This document shows, piece by piece, positions 23,181 to 36,656 of a DNA stretch of 64,000 nucleotides. Position numbers and translations under genes: made by a program. The notes beneath the pieces were generated by a model. It worked only from the letters and a program-made list of their open reading frames with translations. It searched no databases and was not told the DNA's origin. Source of the DNA: Folioceros fuciformis (Eukaryota); contig JBNGIO010006230.1 in the NCBI GenBank assembly GCA_049999805.1, positions 67,494 to 131,493 on the forward strand, given 5' to 3'. Every line of letters begins with the position of its first letter. Position 1 is the first letter of the stretch.

Positions 23181-25493
23181 ATGTTGGGAAGGGAAGCGTG
23201 GGATCCTGGAGCTGTCGTGGTAAGAGCTTCTGGGTCGGTTGTCTCGGTGCCACATAAGGAGAGCACATGGTCCCGTGACATTCTGCGTCCTGAGTCCCCT
23301 AAAGTTACCTCTGAAGACGTGTACAAACTATGTCAGCTGAAGCGGACCAGCAAAGCTGTCGAGGCTCTGGGAGCTTTGGTGCAGACAGGTTGTCGTCCTT
23401 CTCAGTCACTGTTTTATACTGTCCTGAAAACGTGTGTGGCTAAGAAGGATCTCGTGCTGGGTCGCCGTGTCCATGCTCTCACCGTGAATCAGGGGTATGA
23501 GTCGGACACATTCTTGTGCAACCACATCCTGCGACTATATGCTTCTCATGCCAGGTTGCAAGAAGCAAGGGATGTCTTCACCGTGGTGGCCGAACCAAAT
23601 GCGTTCATGTGGTCTTCCATGATTTCTGCGTTTGTAAGGCAAGGACAAGCTGAGCAAGCCATAGGTCTGTATCATCAGATGCGCAGGTCCAATGTAAAGC
23701 CAGACAGCCATGTGCTCGTTGCAGCATTTCAGGCTTGTGCAAGGGGAGCAGACTTGAAATCTGGACAGCAGGTGCATGCGGACATGTTGGCCAGTGGGAC
23801 GGAGTGCCAACTGGTTCTTCTCAATTGCTTGGTCGACATGTATGCAAAGTGTGGCCGCTTAGAAGACGCGCGGAGAGTGTTTGAAGGGATTCTGCAAAAA
23901 GATGTTGTTACGTGGAATGCAATGATTGCAGGATATTCCCGGCAAGGCCTGGGTCATGAAGCCCTTCGCCTTTACTGTGCTATGACGCAACAAGGCACCG
24001 ATGAACCAGATTCTGTGACATTTGTTTGCCTCCTGCAGGCATGTGCGTCTGTGGGTATCCCAGCCTTACAGACCGGGAAGCTACTTCATGCGCGGATTGA
24101 AAAGCAGAGGCTTTGGGCTGATGTGACGGTAGCCAACAGCCTGATCAATATGTATGCAAAGTGTGGATGCCTACAGGATGCTCAGAATGTCTTTGATGGA
24201 CTTACTCAGAAAACTGTGGTGAGCTGGACTGCTCTTATAGCAGGATATTCGCAGCAGGGCATGGGTCAGGAAGCCCTCCGCCTGTACAGTGCTATGCAAG
24301 ACTCAGACGTCGTTGTAGTCGATGCTTTGTCATTCGTGTGCCTCCTCCAGGCATTTGCCAATGTTGGCACACTTGCTCTTGAAAAGGGGAAGCAGCTTCA
24401 TGCACAAATTAGGGAACAACGACTTCAAGCTGATGTGTTTGTAGGCAACAATTTGGTAAACATGTATGCAAAATGTGGCAACCTGGAGGAGGCTCACAAA
24501 GTGTTCGATATACTTCCTCATAAAGATGTTGTGACGTGGACTTCTCTGATCACAGGATATTCTCAGCTAGGCATGGGTCAGGAATCCCTTCAACTTTACA
24601 GTTCTATGCTTGATGAAGGCGTCGCTGCTCCTACTTCTGTTACATTTGTATGCCTCCTGCAGGCATGCGCAAATGTGGCAGCTTTGCAAGTGGGGAGGCA
24701 ACTTCATGTTGGGATTGAAGAACAAGGGATTCAAACTGATTTATTTGTAGCCACCAGCTTGATAAACATGTATGCCAAATCTGGGAGCATGGTTGATGCA
24801 CATCAGGTATTCGTTACTTCTCCCAAAAGGAATCTTGTTTCCTGGAATGCCCTGATAGCAGGCTACACTCGCCAAGGAGACTCAACCATGGTCTTTGACT
24901 TGTTGGACAGAATGCGACATGACGGCATAAAGCCGAACGCCATCACTTTCGTTTGTGTACTGACAGTCTGCAGTCATGTGGGTCTCGTGGACAAGGGTCG
25001 AGAGTACTTTGAGGTCATGAGTAGATGGTTTGGCATCGCTCCCACAGCTGAGCACTACTCGTGCTTGGTGGATCTCCTGGGTCGCAAGGGCCAACTCACT
25101 GAAGCTCTGAATGTGGTAAGAACAATGCCATTTTCCCCTGATACCACAGTATGGCTCACTCTTTTGAGTGCTTGTCGAAAGTGGAGCAACATGATGGTGG
25201 GGCAGCAAGCTTTTGATGAGGCAGTGAAGCTAGATAAGGAAGATGGTGCAGCGTATGTGCTGATGTCTCTCATATACACTGGAGCCCAGATGTGGGAAGC
25301 TGCGGAGGAGATGCAGTCTAGGAGGAAAGAAATTGGGGCACGGAAGCAGCCGGGTCAGAGTTGGTGGACAGACCTTGACGGGCTAGTGCATAGCTTTCGG
25401 GTTGGAGATGCAGGACATCCTGAGACTGATTGTATGTCCTCAAGCCTATACTTACTCCAGCCTGGATTAATCGCTTGCAAACAAATAAGGTGA
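23181..25493 (+). CDS. PLS-class pentatricopeptide repeat protein with E/E+ domains (organellar RNA-editing factor type), no DYW seen
   Basis: Repeating P-L-S triplets (NxLVxMYAKCG, DVVTWNAMIAGY, TFVCLLQACA), HYSCLVDLLGRKG, WLTLLSAC and the PG box KQPGQSWW...VHSFRVGD..HP. Confidence 0.95.
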   Translation: MLGREAWDPGAVVVRASGSVVSVPHKESTWSRDILRPESPKVTSEDVYKLCQLKRTSKAVEALGALVQTGCRPSQSLFYTVLKTCVAKKDLVLGRRVHALTVNQGYESDTFLCNHILRLYASHARLQEARDVFTVVAEPNAFMWSSMISAFVRQGQAEQAIGLYHQMRRSNVKPDSHVLVAAFQACARGADLKSGQQVHADMLASGTECQLVLLNCLVDMYAKCGRLEDARRVFEGILQKDVVTWNAMIAGYSRQGLGHEALRLYCAMTQQGTDEPDSVTFVCLLQACASVGIPALQTGKLLHARIEKQRLWADVTVANSLINMYAKCGCLQDAQNVFDGLTQKTVVSWTALIAGYSQQGMGQEALRLYSAMQDSDVVVVDALSFVCLLQAFANVGTLALEKGKQLHAQIREQRLQADVFVGNNLVNMYAKCGNLEEAHKVFDILPHKDVVTWTSLITGYSQLGMGQESLQLYSSMLDEGVAAPTSVTFVCLLQACANVAALQVGRQLHVGIEEQGIQTDLFVATSLINMYAKSGSMVDAHQVFVTSPKRNLVSWNALIAGYTRQGDSTMVFDLLDRMRHDGIKPNAITFVCVLTVCSHVGLVDKGREYFEVMSRWFGIAPTAEHYSCLVDLLGRKGQLTEALNVVRTMPFSPDTTVWLTLLSACRKWSNMMVGQQAFDEAVKLDKEDGAAYVLMSLIYTGAQMWEAAEEMQSRRKEIGARKQPGQSWWTDLDGLVHSFRVGDAGHPETDCMSSSLYLLQPGLIACKQIR

Positions 25494-26189
25494 TTAGTCA
25501 CATATGGAGTTGCTCTGATAGCCCGGTGGGATTGAGGGTATGCATGTGTAAGAAAATGGAGTAGGCGGAGCGTCTGAGCTGGCGTACGCTACTCAGCCTT
25601 GATGTTGCCTTTTGTTCTGTTCCCACACCGCTCTGAGATGGGCCCAAACTTCTCCCAGGTGCAAGTACTGCTGGATGTTCAGGACTGCAACCAGGAGAAT
25701 GAGACCCTAATGGAGTCTTTATCACGAGATGTGATAATGCCGCCAGGCTTACCAGTGTCAAAATCAGGTGCGGCCAAATTCATGCTAATCGCAGTGAAGT
25801 TATAGTTAGGTGTTTGTTCGGAGGGGCTGGCAGGCACAAAGCTGCGAGTCGTCTGCAAAGTGGAGTGTGATGAAGATCACATGTACCCTACGAGTCTGTT
25901 TGCACCCAAAAGACGGCCTTAAATACTGTCAAGTCATATAACAATCATGGACATCATAGTTTGCGATTGTATGGACCTGTCAGTAACAGCCTGTGTCGGT
26001 CAAAGGTCACAGGGAGGACACCAAATTTGATCTAAAACGTGATACCATTTGAAGTTCGGAGAAGTCATCCGTCTTTAAGTATTCCTTCGACATGGAGACC
26101 AGAATCGGGGATTACTTTGAACTACAACCAAGGAGACACCACCTAGTTGCCTTCAGTGTCCGATATCTCGCCTTCTTTCCCACGCTTTT

Positions 26190-29100
26190 TTAGCTTGCAA
26201 ATTGCCAACGGTGAGTTTCACACTGTGCGTATGAGTGCATTGGAAGCCCGCAAGTTATGCTGACCGATCGCCAGTAACTGCAAAGGCTCACTCAGCTCAG
26301 GAAATATGTTCTTGAGCAGAAAACGCCACCTGACACTTACCAAGGTCCACCTGTGCACAAATCACAGGTTAGATGTAAGCCTCTTCGATGCTGATCAAGC
26401 ACTTCCACGTGCACAAGATACCTGTCGAGGTTGGAACGTTCCCACCTCCAACTGCTTACAAGATCTGGCCACAGTGAGAAATTTTCAATTGTTTGACCTC
26501 TAATGGCATCCATAACCTGAAAACACGTGTGTTGAAAAATGTCATCACACTTAAGAGTGACCAAAAAGGCACAAAGAGAGCAAATCAGACAGTTGCAGAT
26601 AACATATGTACGTCAGCTGTGCCATTGTACCTCATCCGTGCGGATCACATTATTATTGTAGAGAACCTCCCTGGAGGTCTTGTCGTGGAAAGTCATCACC
26701 TGTACCATGAAAGACCTTGGGTCTTCAAATTTCTTAATCGAGGAATGAAGGAAGATGAAAAGAACCCCCCTTGAATATTCGTCACAATGCAAACCTTCAC
26801 GCACAGTCCAAGGATATCCCCTGGCTGAGATTCGTAAGGATTATCCTCATCTTCAGGCATCAGCACCTGCACATGGATGGAATAAACAGCTGTTCAATCC
26901 CATGAAAGTTGCAAGTAACAACAAGGTCTGAAGACCAGCAAACACGATTTCCAGCGCATACCAAGTCCAACAGCATGTTAGAAGACTGGGATCCAGGCAT
27001 GGTCGCATCCTGAAAACTGACATCACCGGCAGAAGTATCTACATGAAAATAATGGACCGCTGCTTGACATACACCTCCCATAGTGCCTCCTATTTTGAGC
27101 TGTTGATGTACCTGGCATACATAAGACATTCTTCATGATCAAAGTAAGTATTTCTAGCAACGGACGTGCTTGAGGAAGCATATGGTTTCATTCCAAACCG
27201 CGAGCAGTATCCAGTCCAGCTTTTTTTTCTCTGAACAGATTTTTTTTCTAAATAGAACGTGTCAGGAACAGACCTTGCTGTTGACAAGCAGCTCCACCTC
27301 AAAAGTTGCCAAGACATTCAAAGGGTTTCCAGGTGAAGATGCAAGAGTCTGAAGAACACTGACAGCACATTAGGACTTTGAAGTTTTGACAAAAAAGGAA
27401 CAACACAGATGCAAGGGGGAATTTACAGGATGATCTGTTGATGCATGTTTGGCAGCCAAAGCAGCTCCTGAAATCAGAATGTCCTTGACCTTCAGTATGA
27501 CAGAAGAGGATCAAACAAAGGCCCTAAAACCCTCAACCCAATCCACAGAGATAATTATGCACAGGTGGTACCTTTCCCGAGGCTTGTTGCCTGCGGTGTT
27601 TCTCCATCTCATCATCGATGTCATAACCTTCATTCAAATTGTCACTCTTAATTCCAAGACAGACCACAGCAGAGGGAGAGGAGATAGGGAACAGGAAAGA
27701 TACTGGTGAAACCCTGGGTGATTCCAAGGTCAGTGATACCTCCTAGTCGTCGTATCTCATTCTTCAGCCTCGACACTTTATCATCAAAATCAACTTTTAC
27801 TGCTTCAAGTTCCCGAAGCTGGGTACTCAGCTGCTGGGACGCAAGCTGAGCTGCATCAATTTCTGACTGCATTTTCAGTTTTTCCTCATCCCTTAGCACC
27901 TGCAACTCTACCACCCTACTTTCTACAGCTCGTACATTTCCTGCAAGGCCCAACCCCGAGTCAAAGAACTTCTTCTCGCCATCCTTGTAGGCTCGTAATT
28001 GTCTGTCCACAAAGTCATAAAACTGCACTAAAGCTTCTTTCGTCTCAGAGATCTGCGCTTGCAAGTCTTCTATTCTAGTGCTATCGACACTTTTCCCCGC
28101 TCTCAGAAATGACAGCTCTGCTTTCATTCCCTCTAATGCACTAAATAAATCCAGATGATCACTGTCCATTTCTGGATTTTCCATAATATTTTCCCTCATT
28201 ACTGGAGCTGCATGATCTTTGATTGAAGATTGGACATTCTTCAAATGCTGCTTCAAGCGGTCTAACTCCTCTTGTGAACCACCCAACCTGCGCTCATGGT
28301 CAAGTCGCAACCTTTCAGCTTCTTCCTTCTCCGCTAAAGCACGCCGTAGCTTTTCTGTTACGTCAGAAGTATGTTGATCATGTCGTCTCCGAAGTTCCTC
28401 TTTCTCAGTTTCAGAAGAGGACAGTTTTGCCCATGCTTCCTTAGAAGCAGCTTCCAGCTTGTCTTTCTGTAGCTTCATGTGCTTTATTCGTGTAACACTT
28501 CCACTCCTGCTCTTATCTATTCTTAGTTCTTCAACGTCTTCGTCTGAACCCACAAAATCCAGAGCGCTTTCCATCTCCTGGATCCTCATGGAAAGCTCTT
28601 GTATCTCATGCACGTTCTTTTCCTTGTCCTCTCTCAAGTTTTCCAATTCTTCCCTTTGCTTAACTAAATTGTCAAGCACTTTCCCTTCGCCTTTGCAGTA
28701 TCCAGTCAGCGATGATCTGGCTTTGTCAGCAAGAGATTTTGCTGCTATCTTCAATTCCCAGGTACCATGAAGAGCAGAGTGTGTATGTTCAAGATCAAGA
28801 ATCCCGTCAACCGCAGACATCAGCGTCTGCATCTGTGACAATCCTGATCTCAAATCCTTGAGCTCCTGCTCTAGAGTGTTGTTACCTTGTATAAACCGAT
28901 TACTCAAGGCCTGGAGTTCATCTTTTTCTTGTAACAACTGCTTAATTTTTGGTACAATATTTATATCTTTTTCACCGCCACCGATGCCCTCTACTTCCTC
29001 AGAATAGTCTGTCAACAGATCATTCGCCGAATGTAGGGTCTCCAAAAATTCTCTTTTTTCGTTCTCTAATTGCTTCACTCTTTCTTGCACATTAGCCAAC

Positions 29101-32100
29101 TTCATCTCATAGTCTGAGATCATAGCCTCTGCTGAAGCTTTTGCTTTTTGCAAGTCCTGGGGAGGCACAACCAGAGAACTCACAAACGTGAAGTGAGATC
29201 AGCGGATCAGCGTAGGACGTTCACGTAATGTCTTTGGCGAGATCGTACCTCAGCAACTGCATGTGCTTTGAGAAGCTTCAGTTTCTGCTCGTTGATGATA
29301 GAAAAAACCTGCAAAGAATCTTGATCTTTGAACCTAACAGCTGGGTCCACATTCCCTGTTGCAAAGTTGTACAACCTTTGTAGTCCTGGGGATTCAGGCC
29401 CTCCTTTCCTATCAGGTTCAGCCAAAAGCTCGTTTCTTATGGCCAAAATCATTTGATTCAAAGTTTCCTTGTCTGCCCGGAACTGAGATGCAACCTTTTG
29501 ACTTGTATCTACCTGAAGCGAGCACTCCAAGAGAAGTTGTAAGGGAACGTCTCGCACAAGATCTGGCTATCCTTATTAAGGTTCGCGTACGGACAACAAA
29601 GAAAGAATCAAGTCAATTCTAACCTTATGCAACAACTGTCCACAAGATTGATGAAGCCTCCTTAAACTCGAAAACCATCTGCTATTTTCCAGTCCTGCAT
29701 CCTTTATCTTGATCAGGTTACAGTGGTTCTGACCATCAGGCAGATCTGGTGAACTGGAGGTAAGCTCGTCCAATTCGTGGGATGCTGTAGATGCCGAAAC
29801 AGATCTCTCCAGATCCACAAGACTGTCCAGCATTCTCTCTGCTTCCTGTGCCTCATGCTGCACAAATGTTTAACTAAAGAGATAAGAACAAACATCCTGG
29901 ACCAGTCATCACTACTAACCTAAGGGATAGTTATAAGAAGAGATCACACAGTTGAAGTACATTAGCAGCATCTCTCTCTGTCACAAGATCCCTGATCCTT
30001 CCTTCCAGTCTTTCCTGTGTATCCCTCTGTGTAGCTGCTTCTCTAACTCCTCTCTTCAATCTTTCCACTTCTCTCGCCATTGAAGTTAGCTTCTCAGACT
30101 TGTCACCCAACTCTTTCAACTGCGGACATTGATCAGAATGTCATGTAGTCCAGGATTAGGCCATCAAAATTTCAATCTTCACATAGAACAGAAACAAAAG
30201 TGTAGTAACGGTCCTGAAGTGCACAACAACTACCCATTGAATCACACGAGTGATGCAAATATTGACAACTATTGTGTGCAAAAGGGCCAGAAACCCAAAG
30301 CGCATGATTGCTCCAGGACGACGCTGAATCACCAAAGAAGACCATGGTGTCTGATATACCGACCAATACATGCCCGTGAAATATGAAGCCCGTGATGCAC
30401 GTGCAGTATCACACCGACAACACCACTCCACCCATACATCTACAAACTGGAATGGCTCAGTGGATACCCTCCATCCCCGCGCCAAGTCTTCAAGTTCGTC
30501 CAATGACAGGTGTCGCTCATTGTCTGGCGTGAAAAGGCTTGAGAACTACAACATTCCTAGCCGATTCATGTTGGGACATAACCACATCTACTGTGCTCAT
30601 TGTGGAAACTGCAGCCACCAGAATTCTAGCTCTCAGTCTACAACAAATCTTGCTGCTCCCTTGAAGCTGGACAGCGGTTAGCGATATTCTCTTCTATTGG
30701 ACAGAAAGAAACCCAGTGAGTGAAGATATAGCCAGTATGGGATTCAGGTGAGCAAATATGGGTTAGTGCCAAAGACACACAGATGTGACTAGTTGGGACC
30801 CCCCCAAAACAATGTCCAGAAAACTCGACAAAAAGTGAGGTTAGCCAACCAGCCTTGCATTCTCTTCACGAATTTGGATAATTTTCTCAGCAGCGAATGA
30901 CTTCTCCACTCTAGTCCGCAACATTTCAGAATCATTCCTTATAGGATCAGCCAAAAGATGCGGCTCCTTTTTGTGCAAAAGGCCAGAAAGAAAACCAGTT
31001 TGCTGTACAGGGGAACCCAGGGCTCGGGCAGATCTTCCTTGCTTATTCTTTCCCTTTAAGCCAATGACTCTTTTCAAGAAACCAAAAGAGGTGTCATTGA
31101 CACTGCTATCATCCCGCGTTTCTAGCGGTCTGGGCCTTCCAAGCCTATCAAGTGGCTCATCAAGTAGTTTCATAAGCTCATCCAGTTGACCCTGCAGTAG
31201 CTCCCGTTTAAATTCGGATACCTGCAGCTCTTGCTTGAGCCCGTCTATCTGCCAGAAATGCGGCAAGGACTTCAGGTCGGAGAACTAAAATGCGAATGCC
31301 GGTCCAGCAACCTTACATCAATGAGCTACACTCCAGCCTCGCAGTACGTACCTTCTGATCACTTTCTGCGACGATCAGGGACAGCTTGAGCTTGATTTCT
31401 TCTGCTTGGAGTTTTACGAAGTCCAACTCCCTCTCAAATCTCTGGAGGCACAAAACACTACTGTAATCTACCGCATTTTCCGGAATCAGACCGAAGTACT
31501 GACAGGTAATGCGGAAGAGCACAAATAAGCAGTTCCTGCAAAAGAATTATGTACCTTGCTGGCAAATGCCAACTGTTCACGGAGAACTTTGATTCTGTTC
31601 TTCTGGATTGTCAATCCAAGGTCCCGATCATCAGCAGCTGCTTCCAGGATGGAGATCCTGCTTAAGCACGATGCAGTGAATGCATGCCTAGATGTCGACA
31701 GCAAATGTACAAAAGATTCCATTACTGGTATACACTAGGGCACCTTCGGTTGACTCGGTTCAACGCCTCAAAGTCTTGCTCGCAATCACGGCGGTGCTGT
31801 TCTTGCTCAAGAGCAAGATCTGATTCAACCTTTTTGGCAAGATTCTTCCAGTGCTCGACTGTGCCGTCCGGGCCAGCTGCGATACTGTTTCGGGAGAATC
31901 GTTTGTAGTCAGAGAAGAGCCAATCATTTAATTCAAAGTGCTTCACGTCCAGGTGTGACGGGCCTGCACTCACGTCATCATCAAAGTTGAATCTGATCGT
32001 TTTACTGGAGAAGGCCCCGTGCTTGCTCTGCCTCTCTGCCTCGAGCTTGAGCGAACTTCAGGTAGGAATGGCTGCAAGGCCAGGAAACGTTCAACTCAAC

Positions 32101-32141
32101 ATACCGCTTGTCTCACCGATGTCAATAGGGTTCGCCTTCAT
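26190..32141 (-). CDS. Large multi-exon coiled-coil protein of unknown function with a globular C-terminal region; boundaries approximate
   Basis: Chain of Glu/Lys/Leu-rich heptad ORF segments (31722-31973, 30841-31266, 29931-30119, 29576-29863, 29207-29557, 27648-29183) separated by GT-AG introns, with further exon-like pieces down to about 26190. Confidence 0.65.
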
Positions 32142-35100
32142 GCCCAATTCCACACAAGGGGAGCGGGTCGAAAAATCTCACACCAGACATGGCCCCGGGA
32201 AGAGCAGCCGTTTGGCCGACAACCGTTCCAACAACACTTGATGGTCGACCGGCTTCATCCATCCACCCAGTTCCCTTAGCAGGATTAAGCAAAGTGAAGG
32301 ACATCTTGCGTGATCTGGAAGCCTCCGGCGATGACGATACTAGTGTCTTGCTAACGCTTCCACAATTCTTCGGTGCTCATTCTTATTTCTGTTAGTTCAG
32401 CCATACCGTAGGTCGGAATTCCTTTCCGCCTTCTTGGATTTCTCCAAAGTTTGCCACCATCGCATCCTGCTATAATCGATCGATGATGCCGGGAGACCGC
32501 ACGCTGTGCTGGCAAGTGCGTGCCGCATGGGCTGCATAGCCCGGTAGACGGTCCAGACACCTTTCTTCGTCTTTTACTGTCTGCTCGCGCTGCAATATGA
32601 AGGATGCCACGATCGTCGCCTCCTGCGGGGAACCTGGCATTGGGTTTCGATTGCTCCTCGCCGAAGTGCTGGTTTGATAAAATGGCTGTGTCTGTCAAGC
32701 GTGTACAAACGGTATTCCGTAGACATGAGGTTAATCGGCAAACAACCAAGCCTCCAGGTGCGGTAACGTGAGGCAAGGAGCCCAGGCTGAGTAGAACTTC
32801 CACCTAAAGAAAACTGTGCGGGTCAGAAGGGGTTTTCAACGATCTTCACCGCCAGCAGCAGGAGTACTTCTGGGCAACAATTTTTCAGGACCCTACCATT
32901 TGGTGGCAGGACAGGCCAATGGGAACCGGAAAGATAGGCGCTGGAGGGAACTCAGGTACCCGGTGCCCTGAACCCCGACAGAAAGCCGAAGGTGAGGCCC
33001 GGGCCTGGCTCCACTTATCTAGCTGTGCACAAGTGGGCAGGAAGGACCTGTTTGAAATCGTCCTCCTTGTGATTGCTCCCGTTCGCCTGACTTCCGACGT
33101 ATGGGGTCCGACATGTTTGAGTGAGCTTGGATAGATGGGCAGCTCGATTCCTTGGATAGGCAGAGGGGTCATGATGGTGCCTCTCGAGTCCAGAAGCCTG
33201 ATCCTGTGCAGGCGAACAGGCTCGGAAATGGGCGTGGTTACGGCTGTCAGTTTTGTGGGCTTGTATGAGGAGCTCCAGCTCACCTCATCGTAGGAATTCA
33301 ACCCGTGGCAAGCAAGCCTGCAGGTGAAACACTGCAAGGAGCCCAGGATTTCCACTTCCGAGGAAATTTGTCGGTTGGGACGGGTTTTCCAGCGATGGTG
33401 GATCACAGGGCAGTAGTTGTTGTGGCGATAATTTTTTCGGTGGATGAAGGGCGAGGGAAGACAAACTTTGGTTTGCCTGGATTTCGACGTAAGTTGTCTG
33501 GTTAAACAGCATGTGCAAGCCTGCTTGGGGGGCTTGACGAGCTCAATTCAGATGGGCCATGATGCATCTCCCTTCAAGGGCAGCTGTCTAGATAAGCCTG
33601 AAACCAGCAGGCTAGCAAGGTCGCATGTCGTGACGGCTCTAACCGTGAGCTCGTTTTTTTCAGCTGGGAACCGCCAGTTCGTCTGCTCTGTTTTGCTCGC
33701 TGCTGAAAATGTGTACTGCTAAAAGAGGTTAGGTCGTGGGGCGACGAGGACATGATTTTAGTGTGGAACTTTGGGTACGATAGAATGCGTACATGGAGAA
33801 CCATATCTGGGTAGGTATGAATGTGGAGGTAGGCTAAAGGAGGACGTTCGGCTAGGTGGGCAAATCAAATGTTATGCATAGCACGGGATTCCATCATGTT
33901 TGCACTCTCCGCCTGGGAGAATCATCACCAAGAGAATTCACTCTTCTGATCAGCAATTCTGGAGCAGAGGAGCTGGAAGTTTGGACATTTTTCAGGACGT
34001 GCACTTCCCAAGATATGAAGTCTAGATCGTTTTCCTTTCTGGTTCAGTCAAGCCAAACAAGTAACTTCTTTCCGACTTCTAGTTTTTCTCACAATCCCAC
34101 CTCCATCACATCTTGCTCTAATAGCCCGATGACGTCAAGAGACACCACTTCGCTCATCCAGCGAGTATGCCACAACGTGGGCCTCCGAGTCGGCCATCCG
34201 ATCGAACTCGATGGGTCGCCGGAGAGTTCGAAGGAGTGGCCGACCTCTACGAGGATCCGACCGAGGGGCTCTTCCATCAGGGAAGCCTATCCAGCCCCGA
34301 AGCGAAAGTGCAGGAGACCTGAAAGTTGCTGCTGTGCTTGGAGGACTCAGCTGACCCCCTTCAGATCTCAACATTTCCCTAGAGGGCAGGGACAAGAACG
34401 ATAGACCGTGGGTTGGAGGAGCCCAGCCTTTCCAGAGAATCTTCTCTCTGCACGTCCAAGGAGGAGGTGCAGCAGTGGCAAGACTGGCCGAACGTCCTTC
34501 AGGTACTCGTGGTGCTTTCAAGTCCACAGCTGACAGCCACATTGCCAAGAATGCAAGCGTCGTTGATTTGCAAACGCTGATGCCATCTTTTTGGCCTTTG
34601 ACGCAGGCCTTACGCTGGCCGGTCTAAAAGATGCATGTGCATAGCTGGCCTTGTCTCCTCAGTTTAACACCTTGCTTGGTTTCCTGCCAAGCGTCGACGC
34701 CAGGGGTGACGATCCTGCATTGTTGATACATAGTTGTGTCAGCTTTTTCAGTGGTTGAAACGACAAGCGTGGCAAATGATCTAAAGTGATCCCCACACGA
34801 GCTGAGGATTCCATCTCCAGAATCACTAACACAGGTCTGTCTACGGATCCACGGCTGCATATATTGCTTGAATTAAGGAGACTTTACTCGTGGGGGATCT
34901 ACATGCACTGTAGATCGGCTTGCGAACATCACTGCACTGTGCGCGAACATAGCCGGCAACTCAGGACGTTACCGTAGCAGCCTCGGGCAGGGCAGAGCTG
35001 AATTCTTGAGAGAATGGACACCTTTTTCTGGCTTCAGGTGAAGTCCATACAATGCTTTTCCAGGACATGATAGGCATAACAACGATCTCCATGTCAGCAG

Positions 35101-35704
35101 CCGTCAACGTTCTCAGTCCCGTCCTATTTGTAAAAACCGTTGATGAGCGAAAAACATCCACCGCCGTCATTCTCACACCAACTACCACCAGCCAACTTGC
35201 CTACCCAGGAGGAGAAACGCATGGGCACTCTGTCGAACAAAGCGTACGAGCTTTCCTGGTCTGATGTTCACCAGTAGGAGTGTAAGTACCTCGTAAACGC
35301 CAGCGCCTAAACGTCACCCGAAGTTTATTACCTAAGTTTATTACCTGCTTCTCGAGAGGCGGGCAGGATTCGTCGTTACGCGCCCGGCCACCGGCTCCGC
35401 TCCACCGGCTAGTTTTCAATCGTTCGCCGGTTTGTTGGCCCGGTTCGCACCAAACTCGTCCCCTACGTACATTCCTGTGGTATATGTATGTACATATGTA
35501 TATGTACTTTTGGTTTGAATACTTTCGTGTTCTCCAAGCTCCACTTATGCGGCCAAGTCCATTCGCAGGCTATGGAATTTGACTGGGCCTTTGCTCTCAA
35601 GGCTTTTGGTTGATCGTAAACGCAAGTGTGATCTTTACTTTCTTTAGTCTTCCCCTCACCATGATCATGATCGTTCTCAAAGCACATACCAACAGTGATC
35701 TTAA

Positions 35705-35912
35705 GCAACTTTCATCTCATGATCAACTATGATTGTCACAGTCACAGCTTCCACTCACTAGAAGTGATCAACTATTATCTCCATAGTCACAGCTTCCACT
35801 CATTGTAGGTCATCAACTATGATCTCCACAATCACGGGCTTTTATTCACTACAACTATTACCTCCACTTCCACTCACTACAAGTGATCAACTATTATCTT
35901 CACAGTCACGGC
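35705..35912. repeat. Degenerate tandem repeat (about 44-bp unit) inside the TIR element
   Basis: gatcaactat...cacagtcacagcttccactcac recurring about 4-5 times. Confidence 0.7.
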
Positions 35913-36327
35913 TTGCACCCTGCTATGCAAAAGTTATCGGTTCCTTGCGCTTGCGGCGAACACTTTCATGCCTTGGCCAGCAATCCTCTGAAGCAAATAT
36001 TTCTCCCAAAATGCCTTTTCCCTCTTGTTCAAGTTGTTTGCCCCAATTTTACCTCTTCCTTAAGAGTACTTCCCTCTGAATGCTACTGTCCAATTCAAGT
36101 CCTCTTTACAGAACGAATCTAAGGTAGGATGCTGCAAGTTTTCAAACCCCAAGATATGTTCATGGGTGCACATTAGTGAGAAGCCCATTTGAAATAGATG
36201 TGAAGGAAAGATACTCGCATTACACAAGAATGGTCAGTAGAAAATACTCAAATGTATCAAACCTATTGCTCCATGAAATTAAGACGTGGACTTCCTAAAG
36301 CCATGCAGTCATTCTAGAAACCACGCA

Positions 36328-36656
36328 CTTGAGGTGGGGTTGCTAAAGACCCTTAAACTAGAGATCGGGGTTGTTGAAGACCCCTAGAGACCCTTAAACT
36401 TGAGATCGGGGTTGCTGAATACCCTTGAACTTGCGATCGGGGTTGCTGAATACCTTGAACCTGCGATCGGGGTTGCTGAATACCCTTGAACTTGCGATCG
36501 GGGTTGCTCAATACCCTCGAACCTGCGATCGGGGTTGCTCAATACCCTCGAACCTGCGATCGGGGTTGCTGAATACCCTTGAACTTGCGATCGGGGTTGC
36601 TCAATACCCTCGAACCTGCGATCGGGGTTGCTGAATGGGGTTGCTAAACACCCTTG
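36328..36656. repeat. Minisatellite, 30-bp unit x about 10, inside the TIR element
   Basis: gatcggggttgctgaatacccttgaacttgc repeated in tandem. Confidence 0.92.

Noticed and set aside
32350-35230. Possible minus-strand gene from several 70-170 aa ORFs
   Set aside because: No recognisable motifs and I could not build a consistent spliced frame; may be a decayed or lineage-specific gene.
36328-36656. 30-bp repeat array as CRISPR
   Set aside because: No spacers; units are contiguous.
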